From: Clostridia bacterium
GTDB lineage: Bacteria > Bacillota > Clostridia > UMGS1810
Length of the DNA stretch: 64,000 nucleotides
Assembly (NCBI GenBank): GCA_017481205.1
Contig: JAFUPN010000014.1
Coordinates: 17,500-81,499, forward strand
Direction: 5' to 3'
A program made the position numbers and the translations under genes. Shown here one piece after another: positions 43,460 to 53,339 of the stretch (position 1 is its first letter; each line of letters starts with the position of its first letter). The notes below the pieces were generated by a model. It was not told the DNA's origin and did no database searches. It saw only the letters and a list, made by a program, of their open reading frames with translations.

Positions 43460-45439
43460 CTATCCCATTTTTTGGATAGTGCGGTTTATAATCATTCTCT
43501 TCAAATCATCGGTCAAATTACAGAAATATTCTGAATATCCACCTACTCTAACAATAAGATTCTTATGCATATCAGGATTTTCATAGGCTTCTTCAAGTGT
43601 TTTTAAAGATGTACAGGTAATCTGCATCTGAATTCCGCCAAGCATTATATACCCTGAAATCAAAGCCTTTAATGTTGCATTATCAAATTCCGGATTTATA
43701 TTGAAATTAAGCACAGGAATTCCCAATGCTCTTTTTAAATCCAAAGATGTAACACTTTTTAAAAGCGCTGTAGGTCCTGCCGTATCCTTACCGAAAATAG
43801 CCGCAAGAGAATCACAAAGCGGACTTCCCTTCTCTCTTCCGTCAGGCGTAGCTCCAATATCTTTTCCAGCCATTGCCTGAGCCATGAACTGAATTGACGC
43901 CGGCAAAAATTTCTGACCCAAATACGGCTTCTTGTCATCAAGCATGGAAAAAATATCTGTTGATATCCTGTTTGTAAAACTGTTTGCATCCTTACTGTCA
44001 TTGCCAAAACTCACCCTGTGTTTTCTTGCCTGAGCCAAAAATTCCATATTATTGTCTTTCAGCAGTTCAATAAATTTTTTTGCGTTATACAGCCTGTCCT
44101 CAAATACAAAATCTCTGATTACAAGCATTGAATCAATCACATTTATCATGCCGGCAAAATTGATAATGCTCCATTTGTACCTTGCTCCGCCGTTGTTATA
44201 ATCCAAGCCGCTGTCAATACAGTCATCTATTAAAAGCGTTCTCATAGGCTGCGGATTATATTTAGCGCGCTCTCTCTGAGAATTGCCTATTTCTGTCGTC
44301 ACGGTATCGACAACTGAGCTGACCTCATTTATATAATAATTATAAAATTCTTCAAATGTTTCGGCGGTTGTTAGCTTTGTATATATTGCTTTTTCCAATA
44401 TAAGCAAAAGATTTATTCCCGCATCCAGTGAGCCAACATTAGAGAGTCCTGCCAGCATCGCCTCGGTACAGCCTCCGCCGCAAAATTTCTTTATATCTTC
44501 ATCTTTGATAATCGGAAATTTGTTTTTCAGCCCGTTATACAGAGCATTTTCACTGTAAAAAGCCGGCTGACCGTTGCCGGACCGGATAACCTCAAATGCT
44601 TTTTCCCATATTTCTTCCGGTGTGTTTTCGTTCACAAAAAGCTCAATCATGGGACGCCGTTTTCCTTTTGATGCTTCCAGGCATTGAAGCGTAAGAGAGG
44701 TATAATCTGTTCCCAGAGCCATTGAATATCCGTTATTAACATCTAAATTATCATACAGATTCCTGAGCAAATCGGTAACATCCTCGCCCTTATAATACGG
44801 ATAAAGCCCCGATGCCAGGCATCCTAAATTGTCGCAATTATCAAGGTAGAGAATAAAGTTCCAGCAAACAATTGCTTCATATGTATTATCTGCCGGATAA
44901 AGAGGCACTTTTCTTAACGAATTTATAAGCTTAGCGTCTGCACCTGCTTTTTCAAGATATTTCACACAGCGGCTGAGATAGCTTTTTATCCCTTCTATTA
45001 TATGTAAAAGCCCTTCACGCATATCTGTATCTTCTATCTTTTCTATTCTTTCAGTATAGGATAACAAGCCCTCACTCAATATTCTCTCATAATTCGGCAT
45101 TGAGTGATTATGCATATTGCCCCCGACACTGTGCTCAGGAGGAACTGTAGATTTATACTTACAAAATTCTGAACAAAACAGTTCAGCCAACGCCTCATCT
45201 TTTTCATACATCGCGCTATGGTTTATGCGCATACCCTCCATATAAAACGGATATATACTCATTTTATTGGGGATAATCCCCAAGGGATAAAGCAGCTCTC
45301 CGTTATATTCAGCAAGCTCAGCATTTTCATAATATCTTCTTATTCCCAATGCTTTTCTGAAAAAGAGACTTCTGCCTTGTTCCTCATACATACCGGCAGC
45401 ACCATATTCTCCGATTGACTTGAATTTATCAGAAATCAT
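43460..45439 (-). CDS. Short (about 659 aa) glycyl radical enzyme, dehydratase/lyase-like, with no adjacent activase
   Basis: Glycyl radical motif IVRVGGYSEYF near the C-terminus. Cys loop CGGGCTEAML (Cys-x-Glu). Start moved to MISDKF, which has AGGAGG upstream. Confidence 0.8.
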   Translation of the reverse strand: MISDKFKSIGEYGAAGMYEEQGRSLFFRKALGIRRYYENAELAEYNGELLYPLGIIPNKMSIYPFYMEGMRINHSAMYEKDEALAELFCSEFCKYKSTVPPEHSVGGNMHNHSMPNYERILSEGLLSYTERIEKIEDTDMREGLLHIIEGIKSYLSRCVKYLEKAGADAKLINSLRKVPLYPADNTYEAIVCWNFILYLDNCDNLGCLASGLYPYYKGEDVTDLLRNLYDNLDVNNGYSMALGTDYTSLTLQCLEASKGKRRPMIELFVNENTPEEIWEKAFEVIRSGNGQPAFYSENALYNGLKNKFPIIKDEDIKKFCGGGCTEAMLAGLSNVGSLDAGINLLLILEKAIYTKLTTAETFEEFYNYYINEVSSVVDTVTTEIGNSQRERAKYNPQPMRTLLIDDCIDSGLDYNNGGARYKWSIINFAGMINVIDSMLVIRDFVFEDRLYNAKKFIELLKDNNMEFLAQARKHRVSFGNDSKDANSFTNRISTDIFSMLDDKKPYLGQKFLPASIQFMAQAMAGKDIGATPDGREKGSPLCDSLAAIFGKDTAGPTALLKSVTSLDLKRALGIPVLNFNINPEFDNATLKALISGYIMLGGIQMQITCTSLKTLEEAYENPDMHKNLIVRVGGYSEYFCNLTDDLKRMIINRTIQKMG

Positions 45440-45554
45440 AACAAAACCTCCTTGTATAATTAATAATATTATATGAGAAAACATTATCCTTGTAAATTGA
45501 CAAAGCTATACTTTATATGTTAAAATCATAACAAATGGTAAGGAGGATATATAC

Positions 45555-46358
45555 ATGCGCTGTAATATTTTTTCTGACAATAGCTTTTCACCTCTTAAAA
45601 TAAATGTATTGGGCTTCAGCAATGAAATCGAAGTCAACAGATTCGGACCCGGTCGAAGAAATTTATATATCATCCATTATGTAACCAAAGGAAAAGGATA
45701 TTATAACGGCAACGCAGTAACCGAAGGACAGGGTTTTCTTATTTATCCGGGGTTGCATGAAGAGTACCATCCTGACCCGATGGATCCGTGGGAATTTTTG
45801 TGGATTATCTCTTCTGACGATGCAATGAAGGAAATTTTCAGCAAATACAATGCGCAAAAAGACACTTTGATTTTTAATTTCAATTCTGTTCTCACAGTAA
45901 GAAAAATAGCAAATAAAATTATATCCGAAAACAACCGGATGTTAGATTCGCTTAAAATGCTGGAAATGTTTTTACAAATATTAAACAGCCATATATACGC
46001 ACAGGCTTTGACACAGCAAAAAACAAATTATGAAATATATTTGGATTTTTGCGTTGACTACATTGAAACAAACATTCACAAAAAAATCACGGTGGAAGAA
46101 TTATCAGATTTGGTAGGCGTCAGTCAGCCATACCTATATAAAATCTTCAAAAGTAAATTCAATATATCAACAAAAGATTATATTACATGGTGTAAGATAA
46201 ATCGCGCAAAAGAATTATTGGTAGAAACAGAAATGTCAATTACCGAAATTGCTAATTCTATTGGATACAGCGATGTTCTTGCTTTTTCAAAGACATTTTC
46301 TTCAAAAGAAAAAGTATCGCCCAAAAAATATCGGTTGATTGTGAGAAAAAAGAACTAA
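45555..46358 (+). CDS. AraC-family transcriptional regulator, divergent from the second GRE
   Basis: Cupin-like N-terminus and a C-terminal HTH pair (LSDLVGVSQPYLYKIFKSKFNISTKDYITWCKINRAKELL; IGYSDVLAFSKTFSSKEKVSPKKY). Confidence 0.8.
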   Translation: MRCNIFSDNSFSPLKINVLGFSNEIEVNRFGPGRRNLYIIHYVTKGKGYYNGNAVTEGQGFLIYPGLHEEYHPDPMDPWEFLWIISSDDAMKEIFSKYNAQKDTLIFNFNSVLTVRKIANKIISENNRMLDSLKMLEMFLQILNSHIYAQALTQQKTNYEIYLDFCVDYIETNIHKKITVEELSDLVGVSQPYLYKIFKSKFNISTKDYITWCKINRAKELLVETEMSITEIANSIGYSDVLAFSKTFSSKEKVSPKKYRLIVRKKN

Positions 46359-46502
46359 AGAGATATTTAATTTAAGTGATATTCAAACTTCGTTTGCAGT
46401 TATATTATATTTGCCATTAAACTGTGCGAAGCACAATACCACTTGGCATAAGCCAAATAAAACTGCGTAGCAATATCACTTGCCGCAAGGCAAATATAAC
46501 TG

Positions 46503-46534
46503 AAAAAACGACAAGTCGAAACTTGTCGTTTTTT
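46503..46534. terminator. Hairpin with flanking A/T runs (possible terminator)
   Basis: AAAAAACGACAAGTCGAAACTTGTCGTTTTTT: an 8-bp stem with a 4-nt loop. Confidence 0.5.
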
Positions 46535-46572
46535 CTGGAAAGCAGAACCATTGAGATATTTATAATTTTTGT

Positions 46573-46744
46573 CGATATGCAAACTTCGTTTGCTCGATAT
46601 ATTTACTTTGTAAATTCGATATGTTCTCGCTTCGCTCAAACTCGATATGATATAAATCTCGTTGCCATAAGGCAACATATCAAGTGCGTCAGCACATATC
46701 GAGTCTGCAAGACATATCGAAAATCTTACAAGAGATTTATATCG
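46573..46744. repeat. Convergent array of eight TCGATATG-like motifs (4 forward, 4 reverse) interleaved with mini-hairpins
   Basis: Forward CGATAT(G/A) at 46573, 46595, 46617 and 46643. Reverse (C/T)ATATC(G/A) at 46676, 46695, 46713 and 46738. The two sets are separated by the hairpin GTTGCCATAAGGCAAC (46661-46676). Confidence 0.6.
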
Positions 46745-46746
46745 AT

Positions 46747-46787
46747 GAAAAAAAGACATTTTTCTTTGTCGAAAAATGTCTTTTTTT
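46747..46787. terminator. Bidirectional terminator immediately 3' of tRNA-Arg
   Basis: Perfect 10-bp stem GACATTTTTC/GAAAAATGTC flanked by A8 and T7 runs. Confidence 0.75.
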
Positions 46788-46788
46788 C

Positions 46789-46865
46789 TGGTACGCCTGA
46801 TGCGATTCGAACGCACGACCTTCAGAGTCGGAGTCTGACACTCTATCCAACTGAGCTACAGGCGC
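46789..46865 (-). tRNA. tRNA-Arg (anticodon CCG), CCA encoded
   Basis: The minus strand reads GCGCCTGTAGCTCAGTTGGATAGAGTGTCAGACTCCGACTCTGAAGGTCGTGCGTTCGAATCGCATCAGGCGTACCA. The anticodon loop is CTCCGAC. Confidence 0.9.
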
Positions 46866-46912
46866 ATATATTTATCTATGCCGGGCGGTCATTTTAAGAC
46901 CGCCCGTTGTTA

Positions 46913-47596
46913 TTATAAGATTTTTTCTGCATAGCTGAGTATTTCTGCAGCTATATCATCTATTGCACGGACTGCTCCGTCACGCACACATTCTATACGG
47001 GTCCAGTTATACTTTTCAGCAACAAAACAAGCATTATTATATGATTCGTAAAGGTAGGCTTCATTACTCTCGTGAATATCCTTTATATCAGAGTTATCTA
47101 TCTTATTGGCTCTGTTTTTCATAAGCATCTGAGCATACTTAACCGGCATATCAAGGAAAATCACCAGATCCGGTTTCGGCAGTTCCATTTTATTATACTC
47201 CAAATCGTAGAGCCAGTCAAGGAATTCTGACTTTTTTGTTAAATTATTTATTTTTGAAGCCTGATGCACCATATTTGATGTAGTATATCTGTCAGCAATA
47301 ACAACACCGCCGCCGTAAAACTTGTCCTTCCACTCTGCCTTGACACTTGCAAAACGGTCTACTGCAAAAAGGACAGACGCGGCATAGGCATTAACGGACT
47401 CCGGCTCTCTGCCGAATTCACCGCCCAAATACATTTTTACCGGAGCAGAGCTTGCACCGGAGTAATTGGGAAATTCCACAGAAAAAACATCGACCCCTCG
47501 TGCTGAGAGTGTGTCATACAAAAGCTTAGACTGTGTTGCTTTGCCGCTGGAATCTACACCTTCTATAACAATAAGCTTACTGTTTGTATTATCCAT
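46913..47596 (-). CDS. tmk: Thymidylate (dTMP) kinase family protein
   Basis: P-loop [14 protein letters not shown]. Start at MDNTNSK overlaps the thyX stop by 8 nt. Confidence 0.8.
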   Translation of the reverse strand: MDNTNSKLIVIEGVDSSGKATQSKLLYDTLSARGVDVFSVEFPNYSGASSAPVKMYLGGEFGREPESVNAYAASVLFAVDRFASVKAEWKDKFYGGGVVIADRYTTSNMVHQASKINNLTKKSEFLDWLYDLEYNKMELPKPDLVIFLDMPVKYAQMLMKNRANKIDNSDIKDIHESNEAYLYESYNNACFVAEKYNWTRIECVRDGAVRAIDDIAAEILSYAEKIL

Positions 47597-48356
47597 TTTC
47601 TTCACCCAAAAACATTTTCCTCTTTTCAACCATCTTACCGCAGCTCATGGCACCCTCGGGGCATTTATCCCCTACGCAGCTTGGACCTGCGTATTTAAAC
47701 AGTGTGGGAGCAACCTCCTTTACCAGCTCAAGCATACGGCAGGCAAGCTCACGTATTTCCCACTGAGCCCGCTCGCAGCAACGGTGGTGAAAAAAGTTTA
47801 TAAGACTTCTTGTATTCATTGTTACTATAATCTTGGTCTCGCAGGCATTGGGAAGAACATACCGTGCATCCTCTATAGCCTTTTTTTCGGCAGCGCTTTT
47901 TGCCTTTTTTTCATCCATACCGTAAGCAAGCATAACCTCATAATGCTTTTTAAACAGAATATCCGCAAGCTTATTGTAGGAAGCAACATCGTCTGCCATA
48001 GCCTGCAAGAAAGTCTCCTTAGCCTCAGGAACAGCCTCTATCTCAGGTGGTATAACAAATTCAAACTGCCCTTCCTTTACATAACGCTGGGATTTTTGCG
48101 AATACGAAGCCAGCCTGTGTCTTACAAGCTGATGAGTGAGAGAACGGCTCACACCTTCAATGCCAAAGGTAAAGGTTACATGCTCTGTGGGACTTTCATG
48201 ACCCATACTTACAAGACGATTTAAAAATTTTTCCGTTTTTTCTTCATCAAGGTCTTCCATGATACCGCCTATTTCTGACGAGGAATAACACAGCTTTGCC
48301 GCGGCGGCAACAATTTTTTCACAATCGGGATTATATTGGAGCAATTCTACATTCAT
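47589..48356 (-). CDS. thyX: FAD-dependent thymidylate synthase
   Basis: ThyX signature [14 protein letters not shown]. Confidence 0.9.
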   Translation of the reverse strand: MNVELLQYNPDCEKIVAAAAKLCYSSSEIGGIMEDLDEEKTEKFLNRLVSMGHESPTEHVTFTFGIEGVSRSLTHQLVRHRLASYSQKSQRYVKEGQFEFVIPPEIEAVPEAKETFLQAMADDVASYNKLADILFKKHYEVMLAYGMDEKKAKSAAEKKAIEDARYVLPNACETKIIVTMNTRSLINFFHHRCCERAQWEIRELACRMLELVKEVAPTLFKYAGPSCVGDKCPEGAMSCGKMVEKRKMFLGEENG

Positions 48357-48370
48357 TTTGCACTACCTCT

Positions 48371-49105
48371 TTATTTATATTTTTTTCCGTGAAGCAGCAC
48401 CGTGAATCCGAATTTCGGCAAATCCATCATTCTGCCGATACGTGAAGGCTGCTTGACAAGTCTGTAAAGCCATTCAATATTGTGCCTGATATAGAAATCC
48501 GGAGCGCGCTCAGTGTTGCCGGAAATTACGTCTATGGTACCTCCGATACCGAGACATACATTTACCTCAAGCTCGTTGCGGTGGTCATATATCCACTTTT
48601 CCTGCTTTGGCGCACCGAGACATACAAAAAGCACATTCGGTTTTTTGTCATTTATATCAGCAACAATCTGTTCTTCCTTTTCGGCATCAAAATATCCGTC
48701 GGCACATCCCACAACCTGTATACCCTTATATTTTTCAAGGATAATATCTCTTGCTTTATCAGCAACTCCGGGCTTTGAGCCAAAAAGATACAGGCTCATA
48801 CCCTTTTGAGCCATTTTTTCCATAAGGCGGCAGGCAGTATCAAATCCGGCACAGCGCTCCTCAATGGGGCTGCCGAGAATTTTTGCGGCATATACAACTC
48901 CTATTCCGTCGGCAGTGAGCAAAGCTGCGGTGTTGAGAATATCGCAGAACTCCTTGTCCCTGTATGCCCGCATGAGGATTTCAGAATTGGGAGTAAACAC
49001 ATATTTGCATTTTTCTCCGTTTTCAATCATTTCTATTATCTTGTCGGAGGCCTGCTCAATATTGACCTTATCAATATGGGCTCCGAGAATATTTACCTTA
49101 TCCAT
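48371..49105 (-). CDS. WecB/TagA/CpsF-family glycosyltransferase
   Basis: Start at MDKVNILGAHIDKVN. Family-typical FTPNSEILM, LLTADGIGVV, FVCLGAPKQE and EWLYRL motifs. Confidence 0.8.
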   Translation of the reverse strand: MDKVNILGAHIDKVNIEQASDKIIEMIENGEKCKYVFTPNSEILMRAYRDKEFCDILNTAALLTADGIGVVYAAKILGSPIEERCAGFDTACRLMEKMAQKGMSLYLFGSKPGVADKARDIILEKYKGIQVVGCADGYFDAEKEEQIVADINDKKPNVLFVCLGAPKQEKWIYDHRNELEVNVCLGIGGTIDVISGNTERAPDFYIRHNIEWLYRLVKQPSRIGRMMDLPKFGFTVLLHGKKYK

Positions 49106-49209
49106 AATTACACCCTCAATTCTTAAGCAAAAAGACCGCTGCATCAGAAAAAAATTTAATGCAACAGTCTTATTATACTACATATCTTAATTTATTTCAA
49201 CACATTTAA

Positions 49210-50397
49210 TTACATATTAAGAAATTTTTCGAGTCTGTCAATACCTTCCTTGATATTTTCCATGCTTGTGGCATAAGACCATCTTACAAACTCAGGTGCA
49301 TAAAAGCCGGTACCGGGAACTACTGCCACCAGGCATTTTTCCAGGAAAAGATTTGCAAAATCATCAGCAGTGTTAATAACCTTTCCTGCAATTGTTTTTC
49401 CAAGGATACCGCTTATATTCATCATCACATAAAAAGCACCCATAGGCATTCTGCAGGAAACGCCCTCAATGGCATTGATACGCTCAACCATATATTTGCG
49501 TCTCTCGTCAAAGGCTTTTTTCATAACCTCAAGGTCTTCTGTAGGACCTGTGAGAGCCGCTACAGTAGCAGCCTGAGCAATTGAATTAGGATTCGAGGTG
49601 GTGTGGCTCTGAACATTTCCCATAAGCTTTGCTATTTTTTCGCTTGAAGCGGTAAAGCCTATTCTCCAGCCTGTCATTGCATATGTCTTGGATACACCGT
49701 TTACAACAATTGTAAGCTCCTTGATTTCATCATTGAAGGATGCTATACTCACATGCTTATGACCGTCATAGAGAAGATGCTCATATATTTCGTCAGAGAT
49801 TACATAAATATTGTTTTCAACAGCAACCTCAGCAATTGCACGGAGCTCCTGCTCAGTATACATCATACCGGTAGGATTGCTGGGACTGTTGATGACAATT
49901 GCCTTTGTTCTGGGAGTAATGGCAGACTTGAAATCATCAGCAGTGAACTTGAAGTTGTTTTCTTCCTTGGTATTGATAATAACGGGAACACCGTCGTTAT
50001 ACTTAATCATTTCAGGATAGCTTACCCAAAAAGGAGCGGGAACTATAACCTCGTCACCGGGGTTAAGAACAGCACCGAAGGCATTAACTAAAGAATGCTT
50101 TGCTCCGTTGCTCACTACAATCTGGCTGGGCTCGTAGTCAAGGCAGTTGTCTCTTTTGAACTTTTCGCACACTGCAGCCTTGAGCTCCAGTGTACCGGAT
50201 GCGGGAGTATATCTTGTTTTGTTGCTGCAGATTGCTTCTATAGCCGCGTCCTTAATATGCTTAGGTGTATCAAAATCCGGTTCGCCTGCGCCGAAGCCCA
50301 CAACATCCAATCCGTCTGCCTTCATCTGCTTGAACTTGGAGTCAATAGCGAGAGTTGATGAAGGATTTATTTTTGAAAATTTTTCCGATAAAATCAT
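49210..50397 (-). CDS. PLP-dependent aspartate/aromatic aminotransferase (class I)
   Basis: PLP-lysine region NGVSKTYAMTGWRIG. Start at MILSEKF with RBS GGGAGG. Confidence 0.85.
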   Translation of the reverse strand: MILSEKFSKINPSSTLAIDSKFKQMKADGLDVVGFGAGEPDFDTPKHIKDAAIEAICSNKTRYTPASGTLELKAAVCEKFKRDNCLDYEPSQIVVSNGAKHSLVNAFGAVLNPGDEVIVPAPFWVSYPEMIKYNDGVPVIINTKEENNFKFTADDFKSAITPRTKAIVINSPSNPTGMMYTEQELRAIAEVAVENNIYVISDEIYEHLLYDGHKHVSIASFNDEIKELTIVVNGVSKTYAMTGWRIGFTASSEKIAKLMGNVQSHTTSNPNSIAQAATVAALTGPTEDLEVMKKAFDERRKYMVERINAIEGVSCRMPMGAFYVMMNISGILGKTIAGKVINTADDFANLFLEKCLVAVVPGTGFYAPEFVRWSYATSMENIKEGIDRLEKFLNM

Positions 50398-50482
50398 TAT
50401 TACAATTCCTCCCAAATAGTTTGTTAAAGTCCAACGCTTTCAAGTATATCATAACCACGACAAAAATGCAAGATTTTTATTT

Positions 50483-51400
50483 TCAAATTTCATATTTTTT
50501 GAAAATATTGTATATATTATTAAAACTTATGTCATTTATGAGCTTTTTTGGGTAATTATGACGGGCAAATGCCTCAAAAAGTCTTATCATATCGCCTCCG
50601 CCTCTTATGCCGTCCACAGCCTCGGCAATACCATCAAAATCCGCTCCGATACATATATTCCCGGCTCCGCCCATAGAAATTATCCGGTCGGTGTGAGCAA
50701 TGAGGTCTTCGATGCTGTTTTTTCCGCCTACGAAAGGAGGATACACAGTAATTCCTATGGCACCGCCGCTTTTTATAATTCCTGCGGCATTGCTATCTGA
50801 CAAATTACGTTTATTCGGACAAACAGAATCCAAATTTGAATGAGAAGCCACCACCGGCTTGCAAAAAATACCAAATACATCTGCACAGCTTCGCTCTGAC
50901 ATATGTGATACATCCACTATCATATCTGATTTTTCCATATTTCTGAGAGTCACGGCGCCGATTGTCGTGATACCGGCATTTCCACCCAGGGCGCCGCCGC
51001 ACAGGCTATTGTCGCCGTTCCACACAAGACCGGTCATCATATATCCCGATTTTTTCAGCATGAATATATGCTCAGGCTTAAAATCAGGTGTGTTTCCTAT
51101 ACCCTCGGCAGTAAGAACAGCAGCGGTTTTCCCCTGTCTGAAAGCCTTGTCAATACCGTATGTATCGGTACACAGCGACATTCTGCCTGAAGAGTCACAC
51201 TCCTTTTTCAAAAAATCAGCCGCATCAAAATAGTCCTGAATTTTTAAATCACCCTCGTTAAATAAAGCGAAGCACTGAACAGTGTTTTTATAAACAGTCA
51301 GTGCTTCGTAATTTATATGAAGAGCTTTGTCAAAAAGTGTTTTTCCGTGCTTATAAAGCTTCAGCAAGGTATCACAATGTGTATCAAAATAAGAATACAT
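50483..51400 (-). CDS. Membrane-dipeptidase-family (M19) metallopeptidase
   Basis: FDTHCDTL, VDVSHMSE, VASHSN and GADFDG motifs. Confidence 0.8.
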   Translation of the reverse strand: MYSYFDTHCDTLLKLYKHGKTLFDKALHINYEALTVYKNTVQCFALFNEGDLKIQDYFDAADFLKKECDSSGRMSLCTDTYGIDKAFRQGKTAAVLTAEGIGNTPDFKPEHIFMLKKSGYMMTGLVWNGDNSLCGGALGGNAGITTIGAVTLRNMEKSDMIVDVSHMSERSCADVFGIFCKPVVASHSNLDSVCPNKRNLSDSNAAGIIKSGGAIGITVYPPFVGGKNSIEDLIAHTDRIISMGGAGNICIGADFDGIAEAVDGIRGGGDMIRLFEAFARHNYPKKLINDISFNNIYNIFKKYEI

Positions 51401-51418
51401 ACCTATCCCCCGAAAAAA

Positions 51419-51784
51419 TCAGAATGCATTTTCTATATGATTTATCCTTGTGATTTTCGGCGTATCACCCGACATATAAGCATAGACTTCTACCACATCA
51501 AAGCGAATTTCACAGTCTATGCGCTTATGCTTTATAAAACTTGCGGCGCCAAGGCGGATTTTTTGCTGCTTACGCCTGTCAACATATTCGCCCGGATAAC
51601 CGAAGTCTGAATTTTTTCGTGTTTTCACTTCTATAAAGCAAAGAGTGTCATTTTCATCATATGCAACAATATCAATTTCTGCTATCCTGCAGTTATAATT
51701 TCTCTCAGCAATGCGATATCCCTTTTTTACAAGATATGCGGCAGCCGCATCCTCTCCGGCTTTGCCTGTTCCCTGAATATTCAT
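51419..51784 (-). CDS. yraN: YraN-family (UPF0102) endonuclease-like protein
   Basis: GEDAAAAYLVKKGYRIAERNYNCRIAEIDIVA...FIEVKTR. Confidence 0.8.
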   Translation of the reverse strand: MNIQGTGKAGEDAAAAYLVKKGYRIAERNYNCRIAEIDIVAYDENDTLCFIEVKTRKNSDFGYPGEYVDRRKQQKIRLGAASFIKHKRIDCEIRFDVVEVYAYMSGDTPKITRINHIENAF

Positions 51785-52401
51785 ATATGCTCCCTTACTC
51801 CCTTGAAGGTTAATCTGTGAATGGGACTCGGACCGTATTTTGCCACAGCCTCAAGATGCTCCTTGGTGGGATATCCCTTATGCTTTGCAAAGCCGTACTG
51901 AGGATACACAGCATCAAGCTCGGTTATGTATCTGTCTCTGGCAACCTTTGCAAGGATTGAAGCAGCGGCTATAGACTGGCTGCGGCTGTCGCCCTTTACA
52001 ATTGTCTCAAATTCAGTAGGAATATTCTTTGCTCTGTTGCCGTCGATAAGAGCTATCTGCGGCATAACCGGAAGCGAGCTGAGGCTGTCGGAAAATGCCT
52101 TATATGACGCCTCGAGAATATTTATTTCATCAATTGTCTTTTCGTCCACAGACACAATAGTCCAATATAGAGCTTTTTCTTTTATAATGTCAAAAAGCTC
52201 TTCCCTCTTTTTCTCAGAAAGCTTTTTTGAATCATTGATTCCTTCTACAACAACACCGGGTTCAAAAACCACTGCTGCTGCAAAAACCGCTCCTGCAAGA
52301 GGACCTCTGCCTGCTTCGTCTATGCCTGCCACAAGAGTATAACCCTTGTCCCAGTATTTTTTTTCGTATTCAAGCATATCTGTAATTACGTTTTTTTTCA
52401 T
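51781..52401 (-). CDS. rnhB: Ribonuclease HII
   Basis: VAGIDEAGRGPLAGAVFAAAV. Start moved to MKKNVITD with RBS AAAGGAGA. Confidence 0.9.
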   Translation of the reverse strand: MKKNVITDMLEYEKKYWDKGYTLVAGIDEAGRGPLAGAVFAAAVVFEPGVVVEGINDSKKLSEKKREELFDIIKEKALYWTIVSVDEKTIDEINILEASYKAFSDSLSSLPVMPQIALIDGNRAKNIPTEFETIVKGDSRSQSIAAASILAKVARDRYITELDAVYPQYGFAKHKGYPTKEHLEAVAKYGPSPIHRLTFKGVREHI

Positions 52402-52465
52402 CAAAAAATCTCCTTTGAATAATATAAAACCGTGCATGTTTATTATCTGCACGGTTTCATAAATT

Positions 52466-53326
52466 TTAAAGTTCAAAATCCGATGGCTTTTCAAGGGTGA
52501 TATTGCCGAGCTTCGCTCCGCGGAATTCATCAAGGAAAATCTTTGCGGCGCGCTCGGTGTCTATCTCCCCGCCGGACACTACAAAACCGCGCTTTTTGCC
52601 AAGAAGAGTCAGCATATCATAAGGCTCCATGTCCTCAAAATCCGTCATTTTGTATCTTTCAGTAAGCCTTTCGGGGTAGTTTTCCCTGAAAAACACAAGC
52701 AGATGACAGGCAAGCTCTTCTATATCCATTATCTCATCCTTTATAGCTCCGGTAAAAGCCAGCTTTTTGCCAACCTCTGCATCCTCAAACTTCGGCCAGA
52801 GGATACCCGGTGTATCCAGCATTTCAATGCCGTTGTCAAGGCGAATCCACTGCTTACCCTTGGTAACACCCGGGCGGTCGCCGGTGATGGCGCTTTTTCT
52901 GCCGGAAAGCTTATTGATGAGAGAGGATTTACCCACATTCGGCACACCTACAATCATAACCTTTACGGCACGGTTGGTTATACCTTTTTCACGTTGCTTC
53001 TGAATTTTATCTGCCAGTATTTCTCGGCATTTATTAAATATAAAATTAAGCTTTTTGTTCCCGGTGGAGCAAACTGTCAGTGTGGGTATACCCTTTTCTA
53101 TAAAATATTTTTCCCACTGAGCCGACATATCAGGGTCTGCAATGTCAGCTTTGTTGAGAAGCAAAAGCCTCGGCTTTGAGCCGGCTATTTCGTCAATTTT
53201 AGGATTTCTGCTGCTCAGGGGAAGCCGGGCATCTACTATTTCTATAACAATATCAATCAGCTTGATGTTCTCCTCCATCATACGCTGAGTTTTTGTCATA
53301 TGTCCCGGAAACCATTGTATATTCAT
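52466..53326 (-). CDS. rbgA: Ribosome biogenesis GTPase A (YlqF/RbgA), circularly permuted GTPase
   Basis: Start at MNIQWFPGHMTKT. LNKADI precedes GVPNVGKSSLIN, the permuted motif order. Confidence 0.9.
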   Translation of the reverse strand: MNIQWFPGHMTKTQRMMEENIKLIDIVIEIVDARLPLSSRNPKIDEIAGSKPRLLLLNKADIADPDMSAQWEKYFIEKGIPTLTVCSTGNKKLNFIFNKCREILADKIQKQREKGITNRAVKVMIVGVPNVGKSSLINKLSGRKSAITGDRPGVTKGKQWIRLDNGIEMLDTPGILWPKFEDAEVGKKLAFTGAIKDEIMDIEELACHLLVFFRENYPERLTERYKMTDFEDMEPYDMLTLLGKKRGFVVSGGEIDTERAAKIFLDEFRGAKLGNITLEKPSDFEL

Positions 53327-53339
53327 GAAAAATCTCCTA

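Noticed and set aside
46359-46788. The repeat-rich tract could be a CRISPR array.
   Set aside because: The repeats are only 7-9 nt, occur in both orientations, and have irregular 18-26-nt spacing. There are no 24-40-nt direct repeats and no cas genes in the window.
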